Origin: Gnetum montanum
Lineage: Eukaryota > Plantae > Gnetophyta
Assembly: GCA_015680685.1 (NCBI GenBank)
Contig: MNCI01000721.1
Span: 356,595-420,594 of the forward strand
Direction: 5' to 3'
Length of the DNA stretch: 64,000 nt
This document shows positions 41,520-54,084 of this stretch, one piece after another. Position 1 is the stretch's first letter. Each line of letters opens with the position of its first letter. Below the pieces are notes generated by a model. The model ran no database searches, was not told the DNA's origin, and saw nothing but the letters and a program-made list of their open reading frames with translations. Made by a program: the position numbers and the translations under genes.

Positions 41520-41950
41520 TAAAATCACGGTATATCGATTGGTGTGACGTAAATCGATGTGTATAAAAACATACTCCAGGTTATCACTAGAATTATCAAT
41601 TTCTTTGATCTATATGGATATCGTAATATGCAGGGATACCAATTCACATCGATTGAATCAATATGGATTCGTAACAAAGAAATTTTTTCAAATGACTCAC
41701 GTCTGAACAATGTGGCCACGATGAACTTCGATATGTTGATTAATTCGTATCGATTCGTATTGAGCACCCGAATCAAAATTGTTAAGAATAGAATTTTCCC
41801 AAATATTTCATTGTTTATTAGTACAGCCGTGATGAATTTTGATATCCTAGAAGCCTTTTGTCCGTAGTCATCGATTAGTATCGATTCCGCAACATAGCTC
41901 TAACTTAAATTTTATCAATCCTCATTAAAGTAGTGATGGACATCGATATA
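41520..41950. promoter_or_regulatory. CpG-retaining ATCGAT palindrome cluster upstream of the B accessory ORF
   Basis: Seven perfect ATCGAT (~41534, 41553, 41648, 41749, 41870, 41880, 41942) and about 20 CpGs in ~430 bp. Confidence 0.65.
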
Positions 41951-42285
41951 ATAAAAATATGAAAAAAAATAAAGTTAAGTTAATAGTAAGATTGTGCCTT
42001 CTTGTAAAAGCCACCGCCTTCAAGATAACCTTTATCCCAAAACCCTGCGTTGAAAATATAGGACCGTCAACTTTCCACTTCTTTGCCCACTCCTCCGACC
42101 ATCCCTACAATGCTCCAGCCTGATTTAGGGGACCATGATGGAGTGGGGTATACGCGTGCAACCCCTCATCATTCTCTTTGCCATCGGTAAGTATATCTTA
42201 CCATGAAATGTCAATTTTGTGGTCTAGGGTAGAAATGATAATTTTGTTTCTTTTTGCATAGCTTCCACGTGCAAGTATAGGTTAA

Positions 42286-43330
42286 ATGGCCAAATCATCC
42301 ACCACAGAATAAAAGGCTAAGGTAATTATGGGGATTACTAAAGAAATTACATATAACTTCAAGATGCTTGATTTTCTTGTTGTATTTCAAGTCCCAAACA
42401 ACTAAAAATCGCTCCTTGGCATCACAAAGTAGATTACACGAAGTGGTTTGACCATACGTGGTTATGAGGCAATAATTGAAAATAATGGGTTGAGGGGATT
42501 TCATGCAACCCTCCATTGATTAGTTTTACTAGAAAGAAATCATGGATTTTTATAGAAATCTCAAGCTACATTTGAGTATTACTTGGTTTCCTTGGTGAGG
42601 AAAACACAAGCGAAGGTGACTGCAGAAAGACTCTAGGAGTGGTTTGGACTACTAGATAAAGGGGATGACATCTTCAAGATCAAGGCTAGCATGGAGAAGA
42701 AATATGATCTCTTCCACCAATTTATTGGTGAATTTCACTCTGACAAGTTGCAAATTTAGGGTTTACATTTTGTAAACCTTCGTCCAAAGCACTATGTGAT
42801 GGCAAGGATGATTGTCATGAATGTCCTGTCATGTTCACATACAACGTATGTTTTGAGTCCAACCCTCCAAGTAATGAAAGTTTTGAATTTTGAGAAGGAA
42901 GAAAACTTTGCCTATCTTCCAATCAGATATATGGTATACCATTACAATGATGATTCTCTCAATCTTTACTTTTCCTTCCTTATTTTAGTCATATTGTAGA
43001 TGTCTAGGGTTCTAGAACCTTAAACAGGTATGAAGGTACATCTCATAGTGCTCAAAAAGTATACCTTCACCCGTTCTCTCAACATTTATACCAAGGGTTG
43101 TCCCTTTGTTGAAGACTTAGAGGATCCAAGCTCTTCATTGGCACTAGAGGCTAGTGAAGCTTGTGAATTCCAAGAAGAAGTTTGAGCCTAGTTGGAGGAA
43201 GTCAAATCCACACAAAGGAAGATCCTTTCCATGTTGAAGAAGGTAAGTTCCACCCCCATCACCATGGATACAAGGGTCATGGACATTAAAAAGCATGTCC
43301 ATCCTTAAATTATGAATGATGATGAAGTGA
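42286..43330 (+). pseudogene. Accessory (env-like) ORF of B
   Basis: GLRDFMQP...KEIMDFYRNL motif (xxFYxN type). Lies between pol and the PPT. Confidence 0.6.
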
Positions 43331-43795
43331 TGAAACCTTCTCATTTTTAAGAAGACATGAAAGTGGAGGAAGGATTAGAGGCATGTTCCTTGCAACAATA
43401 TTCATTTTTGTTTTGTGTTGATATGTCTATTGAGCCATTGAAGGGTCATAGGACAAGTGAAATTTTTTTTATTTACTTTTAAAAGATTAGAATCAATGAT
43501 GGAATGTTTAATGTTTGATTTTGATAATGTATATATGTATGTATAGATTGTAGCATGATACAGTTCCATTTCCTTATGAATTAAAAACTTAATGAAAATG
43601 TGAATGTTATATAATTCATGGTATTAGGTTTATATGGGATGCAACTATTTAACTTTTTTTGAGTTTAGTTTAACTAATTTATCAACTAATAAGCTTGGCT
43701 ATGTGATGAAGGTTTAGATTAGATATTAGTTAAAATTTATATGCATTCCCTTGCCTTTGTTGGCTAGGCACTGGCCAACGACTAGTAGGGGGCTA

Positions 43796-44799
43796 TGATA
43801 AACCCCCAATTGTTCTAGTATTCACTAATAGAAATCCCTTTTTTTCACTCTTTTATTGTTTTACTATACTGAAGAGCATCAATTTCTTTTGATGCCCACT
43901 AATATGAGCTAATTACTTTGATAAGTCTATGTTATTGCAGGTTATCATAGGTTCTATCTAAATTGATAAGGATATTGATTAGGATCAAGAGCTTTGACAT
44001 ATGCTAAAAAAGAATGACCTTGCTATACATTATCGAAGCAATATGGATTGATCTAATTTATGTTGATTTTTGTAGTTGTCACAACAAGGATTGATATCAT
44101 CCAAATTATGAGAGCAATTGCCTCACCAAGAATGAAGATATCAATTTGCATTTCTAGCACAATGCAAATCGACTATTGAAGGACATAGATACTACGACAC
44201 AGTTTGATGCTTTATAATCAATCTCCATTGAAGTGTTCAATAAAGATTGATATACCCAAAATAATAACATTTTTCAAATTATAACTAAACCTTTTCTAGT
44301 ATCAATTGGGAAGCTCGATGTCTAATAGGGGGCATTGAATACCAAGGAAAACCCACATCAAATTGAAACTATTTTTTGAAACTTTTCTATTTGTAAAGTG
44401 CTAAAGAAGATTTGTTAAACCTTGTGGTAATTATCAACCATTGGAGTTCATCGTTGGGATGTTGAGGTTGCTGCATTGTAGAAACAACAAGGAAAGGTCA
44501 TGAATTAGGTGAAGTCTCTCTTGTAATCTTCTATTATCTATATCAAGATAACATGATTTTAATTTAGTTAAATCATTTAGTTTTCACTCTTAAACTTGGG
44601 ATTAGAAGTTAGGATGAATTTATGATTTTACTTATGAGTGACAATCATAAGTGTGAGATTTTAATTGGATTTGGATCTAACCATTTATTTTCTTGATGAT
44701 CCCTTTAACTTTAAACCATCCCTCTATAAATACAACTCATGACTTAGTCACAAATGAGGTGACATCTCTACAATGAAGGTAACTTTAGTTGGTTTGCCA
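43796..44799 (+). repeat. B 3' LTR, copy 1
   Basis: Follows the PPT and aligns with 12282-13255. Confidence 0.92.
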
Positions 44800-44806
44800 A
44801 TATATG

Positions 44807-45822
44807 TGATAAACCCTAAATTGTTCTAGTTTTGGCTAATAAAAATCTCTCTATTTTTATCTTTTTTATCATTTAATTATATCAAAAAACATTAATTTCT
44901 TCGATGTCCATCAATATGAACTAATTACTTTGAAAATTCTTTGTTATTATAGGTTATCGCAAGTTCTATCTAAATTGATAAGGATATCGATTGGGATTGG
45001 GAGCTTTGACATATGCTAAAAAAGATGACATCAATATACATCAGTGAATCAATATAAATTGATCCAATTTATGTTGATTTTTGTAGCTAACATGACAAGG
45101 ATTAGTATCATCCAATTATGAGAGTAATTACCTCGCTAGAGAATGAAGATATTGATTTGCACTGTTGGCATAATGCAAATTAGCTATCGAAGGACATAAC
45201 TGCTATGATACAATTCAATGCTTTGTAATCAATCTTCATCAAAGGGTTTGATAAATATTGATATATCCAAACAATAAAATTTTCCAAATTATAATCAAAC
45301 ATTTTCTAGTATACATGGGGATGCTCAATGTCTAATAGCAAGGATCAAATACTAGGAAAGACCTACATCAAATTGAAATCATTTTTTGAAACTTTTATGT
45401 TTGTAGAGTGATAAAGAATATTTTTCAAACCTTGTGATAATTATCAACCATTGGAGTCTATTGTTGGGCTGTTGAAGTTGCTGCATTGTAGAGAAAACAA
45501 GGTATGGTCATGAATTAGGTGAAGTTTCTCTTATAATCTTTGGTTATCTATATTAATATTACATGATTTCAATATTGTTAAATCATTTAATTTTCACTCT
45601 TGAATTTGGGATTAAAAGTTAGCATGAAATTTATGATTTTACTTATGAGTGATAGTCATAAGTATGAGATTTTAATTGGATTTGGATCTAACCATCTATT
45701 GTCTTGATAATCCCTTTAACGTCGAACCATTCCTCCATGGATACAACTTGCAGGTTAGTCATATGCAAGGTGACATCTCTACAATGAAGGTAATTTAGCA
45801 CCAAACTTCGGCTGGCTCATCA
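44807..45822 (+). repeat. B 3' LTR, copy 2
   Basis: TGATAAACCC...GGCTCATCA, full length. Confidence 0.92.
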
Positions 45823-45829
45823 ATTTGTG

Positions 45830-46915
45830 TGATAAACCCCCAATTGTTCTAGTTTTTTCAAATAAAAATCCTTTTCTTTCTATTTTGTTACTATTTTTCT
45901 ATATTGAAGACCATCGATTTCTTTAATTCCCATCAATATGAACTAATTACTTTGAGAAGTCTTTGTTATTGTAGGTCATCGCATGTTCTATCTAAATTGA
46001 TAAGGATATCAATTAAGATAAAGAGATTTGACATATGCTAAAAAATATGACATTGATATACATCACTGAATCAATATAGATCAACCCAATTTATATTGAT
46101 TTTTGTAGCTATCATGACAAGGATTTATATCATCCAATTATGAGAGCAATTGCCTCACCAAAGAATGAAGATATCAATTTGCACTACTAACATGATATAT
46201 TTTAGCTATCAAAGGACATAGCCATAGTGATATAGTTCAATGCTTTGTAATCAATCTTCATCAAAGCATTTGATTGATAAAGATTGATATATTGAAATAA
46301 TAACATTTTCCAATTATAATCAAACCTTTTCCAATATAAATGAAGAAGCATGATGTCTAATAGGAGGGAATGAATACCAAAGGAAACCCACATCAAATTA
46401 AATCCTTGTGCTAAAGAATATTTGTTAATTACAAACCTTGTGCTAATGAACTACCATCAAATTAAAACCTTGTGCTAATCAAGACTTTTCTATTTGTAAA
46501 GTGCTAAAGAAGATTTGTTAAACCTTGTGATAATTATCAACAATTAGAGTTCATTGTTGGACTATTGAAGTTTCTACATTGTAGAAATAGAAAGGCAACA
46601 TCATAGATTAGGTGAAGTCTCTCTTGTAATATTTTATTATCTATGTTAATATTACCTAATTTTAATTTGGTTAAATTAGTTAATTTACACTCTTGAACTT
46701 GGGATTATAATTTAGGGTGAAATTTATGATTTTACATATGAATGATAGACATAAGTATTGGATTTTAATTACATTTGGATCTAACCATTTATTATCTTGA
46801 TGATTTGTTTAACTTTGAATTGTTCCTCCATGGATACAACTTGTGGGGTTTCCATAGATGAGGTGACATATCTACAATGAAGGCAATTTAACATCAAACT
46901 TTGGCTATCTTGTCA
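45830..46915 (+). repeat. B 3' LTR, copy 3
   Basis: TGATAAACCCC...TTGTCA followed by TSD ACATA. Confidence 0.92.
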
Positions 46916-46920
46916 ACATA

Positions 46921-49786
46921 TAAGCACATGAAGAGGTTGGGCATGGTTTTTTCATGGTGTCAACACTTGCAACAAGTATAGAGGAGCATATAAATGAGCT
47001 TCCTCCAGTGGTGCAACCTTTGGCATTAGAATTTTCTTATGTTTTCAAGGGAAAACTGGAAGGCCTTCCACCACTGAGATCCATCCAACATCAAACAGAC
47101 TTCATACCAAGAGCCACAATTTCAAATGAAAGAGCCTACCACATGACTCCAAATCAGAGTAAAGAATTGAGAAAGCACATGAATTACTATCTAATGGCTT
47201 TATTAAAGAATTTATCTCTCCTTGTGTCATTCTAGCTATGTTACTTCCTAGGAAGGACATCAATGATTTAAGGATGTGCATAGATTCTAGGGTTGTTAAT
47301 AGGATTACTATCAAGTATAGATTTCCTATTCATAGGATGGATGACATTCTTGATGTGCTTGTCAATGTTAACATTTTTTGTAAAATTGATTTGAAAAGTG
47401 ATTATAATCAAGTAAGGATTAGATTGGGAGATGAATGAAAAACAACCTTTAAGACACCTAATGACTTGTATGAGTAGTTAGTCATGTCTTTTGGACTAAC
47501 CAATGTGCCAACCACATTTATGAGGCTCATGTTTTCTTTGATGACATTCTTGTAAACAATTCTTAGAAATTGGACCATGTACATCATTTAAAGATGATTT
47601 GATTTGAGTTACAAGAGGCAAAGTTGGTGATTAAAGCCAAGAAATGCTATTTCATGAAGAAAGAAATTGTCTACCTAGGTCATGCCCTCTCCAAGGACCA
47701 AGTGAGGATGGAACCAAGTAAGATAAAGGTAATTAAGGAATGGACCTCATCTAAGGATGTGGGAGAGATGAGATCTTTTCTTAGCTTGATTGACTTCTAT
47801 AGGAGATTTATTAAGAATTTTAATTCCATTGCATGGCCTATGCTCTCTTGTTTGAAGAAACATTTAGCCTTTGTATGGAATAATGAGAAAAAAATCCTTT
47901 CAAGCATTGAAAGAGAAAATTTATAGTGCTTTGTTTTTGGCAATTTCAAATTTCTCAAAACTTTTTGAAATGGAAGTAGATGCAAGTGGGCTTGTGATTG
48001 GAGGTGTGCTTTCTCAAGAAGGTAAGCCAATTACATTCTTTTCAAAAAAAATTAAATAAATCTAGACAAAAGTATAATGTGCATGAAAAGGAGTTATATG
48101 TTATACTTCAAGCCATTAAACATTGGAGTCATTACTTGCTAACGAGATTTTCTTTTATTTATTGATCATAGATCACTTCAATTTTTAAATTGTTAAAAGA
48201 AATTGAGTACCAAGAATATGAAATTTTTAGAGCAATTGCAAGAATTTCATTTTGTCTTCAAACCTAGGAGTGCAAAGTCTAATGTTGTAATTGATGCTTT
48301 GTCTAGAGTTCATGTTGTTTCTTCTAATGTGAAAGTTCAATGATTTAACTCTTTTGCTTCATTATATTCTAATGATAAGGAATTTGATGTAATTTGGAAA
48401 GATCTATCTTCCACATTATTAGGAAGGATTGATAAATGGAAAGCTTATCATGTGAAGAATGGGATTTTTTTCTAAGGATTCCAAAGTGTGAATTCAGGTA
48501 CAACCTCCTTGAAGAGAAACATCAAAGTGACATGCCTATAGCTATAGGAAAGACCAAGGCATTGGAATTAGCAAGCAAAAATTACATTTGATCATTTATG
48601 TATAGTGATGTGGTTAAATTTGTAAAAGAATGCTATACTTGTCAAAATTTCAAAGAAGAAAAATATGTATATGACCATTATCTATCTTTGCCAATCCCAA
48701 ATGTTTCTTGGAAAAGTGTTTCTTTGGACTTTTCTTGTAGCATTCCTTAGATAAAACCTAGTCATGATTCTATACTTGTTGTAGTAGATGGATTTACAAT
48801 GATGGCCTATTTTATTCCATGCAAGAAAAGTAGTGATGCTTCCTATGTTTCACATTTATTCTTTTAGCATGTTATGAGGCTACATGACATTTCTTTAAAC
48901 ATTGTGAGTGATAGGGATGTCAAATGTACCAACCATTTTTGGAGATAACTTTAGAAAATACTTGGAACCAAGTTATAGTTTTCCATAGCCTATCATCCCC
49001 AAAATTATGGAAAAAATAAATTTTTGAATAGGTTTCTATTGAAGATCTTGTGGTGTTTATGTTAGGATCAATCTAAAAGGTGGGAAAACATGTTGGCCCA
49101 TGCTGAATTCTCATACAATAATCCTTTCCATTCTAGCATCAGTAAGAGTCCCTTTATGGAACATTATGGAATTTCACCATGAATGGTTGATGAATTGAGG
49201 AAATTTGAATATTGTTCCTCTTTGAGTTTAGACTTTGTTGAGAAAATAAGAGAATTACATTAAGAAGACAAAGATTATGTCTTCTAATGCCATTGATGAC
49301 AAGAGAATAGTTAATTTCTAAATTGGTGATTATATTTTGATTTACTTCATCAAAAAAAGAAAAAATAATATGCACTTATATAATCTCAAGTTAAGGAGAA
49401 TTGGTCCATTTCAAATTGAGGCCAAAATTAATCCAAATGTTTATGAGATTGACTTGCCTAATGATTTTCCTATTTCTTGTGTTTTGAATGTTTTATATTT
49501 GAGACCATACCATGGGAATGTGATTAAATTATACCTAATGGATAGTCTTGAGATCCTCAAGAATTCACTTGAAGACTCAAACTTAGCCAAGCCACCAAGG
49601 AAAGAAATTGTGTTGCAAGCAAGGAAGGCTAGGAGCATAAGAGGTAGAAAAAGGCATGTGTACTTGGTACATTGGAATGATGAAAGGTCTAAAAATTCCA
49701 TTTAAATTTCTGAGAAAGATTTGGATTTGTGGGGACTTAATGCTACCCCAAGTGTATAGCCAACTTGAGGATAAGTTTAATTTCTT
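46921..49786 (+). pseudogene. pol: Pol of A: RT, RNase H, integrase and chromodomain-like tail
   Basis: GLPPLRSIQHQ, RMCIDSRVVNRITIKYRFPI, KIDLKSDYNQVRI, FFDDIL, EVDASGLVIGGVLSQEG, IVSDRDVK, GPFQI and YLVHW. Confidence 0.92.
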
Positions 49787-49800
49787 AAGGGTGGTAGAGA

Positions 49801-50556
49801 TTATGAGGACATCACCCAGCCCATGCCTAATGTTCAATATGTTTGTACATAGATGTTTGTGTGTTGTTGTGTTTGTATTTCTATCTTGTTTTGTTGATGA
49901 TGATCTCATAATATTTTGACATGTTTGGGAGTATTTTAGAACTATTTTGAGTTTAGGAGGCTATGGAAACTTTTTTTGAGGCATTTGGAGGTTCTAGGCC
50001 TCAAAATAGGCATCTTCGTATTTTATCTTTTCAAGTGAAATGCTCCAACTATAGGTGAGACATCCCAACTGTAGGTAAGACATCCCATATGATTTTAGGA
50101 CATCCTATATATCAACAGAAACTTTTGGGTGAGACGTCCTATTCTCCTCTAAGACATCCACATGGAATCAAGACAATTTTCTACAACTTTTTAAAGATTT
50201 AAATTTTGAATTTAAAGATGAAAGGTGAAAAGATAATGGGGAAAGGATATAAATAGATCTCTTAAGCCTTCATTTCAGTCAAGAGAGAGTCTAGGGAGTT
50301 GAGAAAACAGCAGGAGAGATAGAGTCTTGGAAAGGTGCCTTGATCATCATCCTTGAGTGTGTGTGATTGCTTTGTTTGAGTGTTTGTGAGAATTTGATTG
50401 AATCTCTTGTTTATCCTTGGGAATTTGTGCTCCCTTTTAGTTGTAATTTATCCATTGGAAAAAGAAATAAAGCTTTCATTTTCTTTTCTTATTCAAATTT
50501 TTTATTTTGTAACATTGAGAAAGCTTGGCTGTGGAATCCATTGGAGCTCCTCATCA
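49801..50556 (+). repeat. 3' LTR of A
   Basis: Follows the PPT, aligns with 9367-10158, ends CTCATCA. Confidence 0.9.
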
Positions 50557-51996
50557 AAAATAGTATACAATAAATCTTCGTGGAAGAATTTTGATGAAAT
50601 AAATGATGATAACTTTCTAGAAGTGATTAGAGTTATGGTCAAGAAATAGCTTAGAAATGTATTAAAGATTTATTTCATCAAGTGAATAATGATTTACTGT
50701 ATGGTTTAATAATTATCAATTATACCATGGTGGGATAATATTGCAAATCTAGAGCTTATAGTGACATGTTGAGACTTAATAAACAGGTTTTTGAAACCAT
50801 TCTAGCACAAAATGAAGCATTAAATAAATATTTAAAATTTATCTATGAAAATAAATATATATATTCCAAAGCTTTTCAAAATTCAATAAGAAGATAGAAG
50901 GTGCTTTCATGCTTGGAAAGAAGCAATCAAAAGATATAATAGCATTCAGAATAGTAAGAAACAATGTGAGCTCTAGTTTTGATCTTAAATTAGAAAGTAG
51001 AGTGGAGGAATTGATGGTAAAATTTATGGAGTTACAAGCCAATGAAAACTCTATATAGTCTAAAAAATTTTAATGTCAATGAAGAGCTAGACATAATACA
51101 GAAAAGAGTTAAGAAACTCACAAAAGTAGAAAACTGCATTAGTTGAAACTTTCAATGAGGAGAAAGAAAAGCTAAATAACATGATGGTTAGCTTACAAGA
51201 ATGGTTATTAATAAAATAGTTTAGAAATGATTATAGAGATTTATTAAAAATATTTATTAAGTAGGGTTGTGAATTACTATTAGCTCCCATTGTGTGTTCA
51301 TTGTAATTTTTAACTACATACAATGAAATAAGGGATAAACTCTTTAAGAAATTTTCTACTTTAGAATCATTGGATCCTACTGCTAACACTCCACATCATA
51401 GTCTAAGAAACCTCTAGTTCATTTGGAGTTCATGATCCATGGAATTGCCTCAGTTTCACAAGATGAATCATCTTCCAGCTTGTATGATAATCTTTTAAAT
51501 GCAAATATAGATGCTTATCTTGGTTGATGGTTCTATTTTCTAGACATTCTATTGTTTATAAAGGTATATGCTTAATACCTTCTTTTGATGGTTATTTTTT
51601 ATAATTTTAAATTATCATGACATGATTATATTTCTTTTCTATGGTTGAATTATCAATTATGTTGTAATATATTTTGAATGAGATAATTGCCCTTAATATC
51701 TCTAGTCATTCTCCTATGCATTTTAGGAGAAATATGTTATACTTTATAATTTATCACTTTACTAATTAGAGATATAATTTTTTAAATTATATTATTCTCA
51801 TTATGAAATTCATTTTATAAATGGAATTCTATTTAGAGTATTATTCCACAACTATTGACTATGAATACAAATTTCTAATTCATGTTGTTTATTGAAGAAT
51901 AGTAATAAAGTGATTTTTTATCACTTATGAAATTTATGGTATGGTATTTAGAAAGTAAATCACATCATTGTTTTTTATGCTAATATTGAAGAGTGT

Positions 51997-52479
51997 TATT
52001 AACTATTTTATGTATTTTAGTAAGCTTAACATGATGATTGAGATTTATATTGTGTAACACTATGAACATATGTATACACCATCACAGTATACAACACCAC
52101 CATGATATTGGTACCTAGGAGTTAAAGTGTGTTATAAGTAATTCTATTATTTATATCCCTTATTTAGCATTACCTATTCATCATGTATATTTATTATATC
52201 AACCTAAATATTCTTTCTTACCTATAAAGGTGTTGAATTCGGTTCGATCCATGTAAGATTGTGTACAATAACATGATGGAAACTAAGGAACATTTATGTA
52301 TTAATTCCCATCTTAGTTTACACATATTATGTATATGGGTGTGACTTGAATACTTAACACTATGATGGTTTGGATATTTTTAGTGTATTATAGCTTTAAT
52401 ATATTCTTCACTTGTAAGAGTTATCAAGTTGATTTTAGTTTCCTTGGACTTAGTAATATAAATATTACAAAACTCAATA
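51997..52479 (+). repeat. 3' LTR of H
   Basis: Colinear with 7270-7768, followed by TSD CTTCA. Confidence 0.85.
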
Positions 52480-52484
52480 CTTCA

Positions 52485-54084
52485 TCATTCTAATGGATCA
52501 AGTATTCATGCTTCTTATCTTTTATTATGCGCATAGCCTCTCTTCCTTGCAAACAAATTGGCTTTGTTGCTACCTTGGATGAAATTTTCTCTTCAAATCC
52601 TCTATTTAGGATTTTAATGTGATTCTCAAGATCATATGCAAATACCTTATCATAGAAATGGTTGAAATATAAAACATTAAACAAACAAGAAAATGGAAGA
52701 AGGTTAGGAAGATTAAGTTCATAAGCATTATGATTTATTTTGGTCTTGATTTTTTTGGGATTAATTTTCTTGATCTTAAGTTTGAATAAGTTCACATTTC
52801 TCAGCCTCTCATTACCCAAATGTAACCACACATAATCACTAATATCAAATGTCATTTTTTTCATTTCCAAATTCTTACTTTTGGTAATTTTTTATGTCTT
52901 TGCTCTTAATTTAGCCTTAACTTATCAATGCATCCTTTATATATTCTTAACAAAATTTGTATTAAGAAATGAAAAATCATCAAAATTCTTTAAATTATTT
53001 GCCATTCTTGGAGAAAAATCATAATTAGTCTTAAATTAACTTTTTCCAATGCCATAATGATAAGAATTATCACATCTAAACTCAACATGTGCAAACAAAT
53101 TTTCCAATCTATTGGGTTCATCCTCATAAAGATACCTCAAGATTTTGAGTTATATTTTATTTAAAACTATAATTTGACCATCACTTTATGGATGATTGGT
53201 ATTAGAGAAAGATAATTTAGTATCCAATAACTTCCACAATTATATCCAAAAATGACTTGTAGATTCTACATTTGTATCACTCACATTATTTAATGGAATG
53301 CATTGTAATCTAATAACATTTTGAAAGAATAAATGAGCAACATGAGATGCATCATTACTTGTCTTACATGAAATGAATTTTCCCTTTTAGAAAATCTATT
53401 AACAATAATAAAAATATAATCATTATTAGATTGTATCTTTGAAATCTCACAAATAAATACCATTGAGATACTTTTTGATGGAGTATTAGAACTGGAGTAA
53501 GGGTAAATAATGACCTATAATGTTTTTACCATTATTATAATTTTAACAAATAAGATACTTCCTAACAAATTTATTCACATCATTTGATATACTTTTCTAG
53601 AAATGATTCTTGGAAATAAGCTCATAAGTCTTGGTGTTATCCATATGTTCAATAATCTTAATACTTTTCTTTTTATGTAAAATTTCTTATTTGAATCATA
53701 AGTAGGTATACATACATTACCAATTTTTAAAAAATTCCCTATTGTAGAGGATAGCTTCACTACCTATCCACTTTATTAAGTCATGGAGCATTAAGATCCT
53801 TCCAAAGCTCACCAAAATCTACATCATCCAAATACAAACAACTAAATGCCTCAAGTCTCTCTACTTGAGCACATGAGTGATTCTCCATATGAATTCTAGG
53901 AAAAGCATCTATTATAACATTACTTTTTTTAGTTTGACACTTTAATACAAAGTGAAATTCTTGTAGCTACTCAACCTATTTCATTTGCTTAGAACTTACC
54001 TTCTTTTAAGAATTCAAAAATTATAATGCCTTATGATTAATTAATGATGAAAATTATTTTAAGTTATTCACTTCAATGCATCAA
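52485..54084 (-). pseudogene. RNase H end and integrase of element I
   Basis: LQEFHFVLK, SNDASHVAHLFF, HP*SDGQ, DYVWLHL and KHEYLIH. Homologous to A 48100-49700. Confidence 0.85.

Larger units (their letters stand above)
12282..46915 (+). mobile_element. Element B: Athila-like Ty3/Gypsy with gag-pol, accessory ORF and three tandem 3' LTRs; hosts C and E
   Basis: Perfect TSD ACATA at 12277-12281 and 46916-46920. PBS TTTGGCATTGTTGCTGGGGA (Athila tRNA-Asp type). PPT AGTAGGGGG at ~43784. Confidence 0.92.
9367..50556 (+). mobile_element. Element A: CRM-like chromoviral Ty3/Gypsy retrotransposon, split by B
   Basis: LTRs at 9367-10158 and 49801-50556. PBS TTGGTGTTAGAG. PPT AAGGGTGGTAGAGA. TSD CAAAT/AAAAT. 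Domain order gag-PR-RT-RH-INT. Confidence 0.92.
7270..52479 (+). mobile_element. Element H: non-autonomous LTR retroelement with ~0.5-kb LTRs and ~3 kb internal region, split by A
   Basis: Direct repeats 7270-7768 and 51997-52479. PBS TGGTATTAGAGC at 7769. Purine tract TTGAAGAGTG before the 3' LTR. Perfect TSD CTTCA at 7265-7269 and 52480-52484. Confidence 0.85.
6386..54084 (-). mobile_element. Element I: old CRM-like Ty3/Gypsy, 3' half (RNase H end, integrase, PPT, 3' LTR), interrupted by H; its 5' part is cut off by J
   Basis: RNase H/integrase remnants at 52485-54084 join across the H TSD to 7152-7264. The joined sequence aligns with the 3' end of A (YLIH*NDE..., AAGGGTGAGAGATA PPT, then TGATGA). 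Confidence 0.8.

Noticed and set aside
41559-41867. 102-aa ORF in a CpG-rich stretch as a captured or foreign gene
   Set aside because: No recognisable motif. The composition is explained by the ATCGAT array that matches the B LTR motif.
43796-46915. ~1-kb satellite repeat
   Set aside because: Each unit is a full copy of the B LTR with TG...CA ends.
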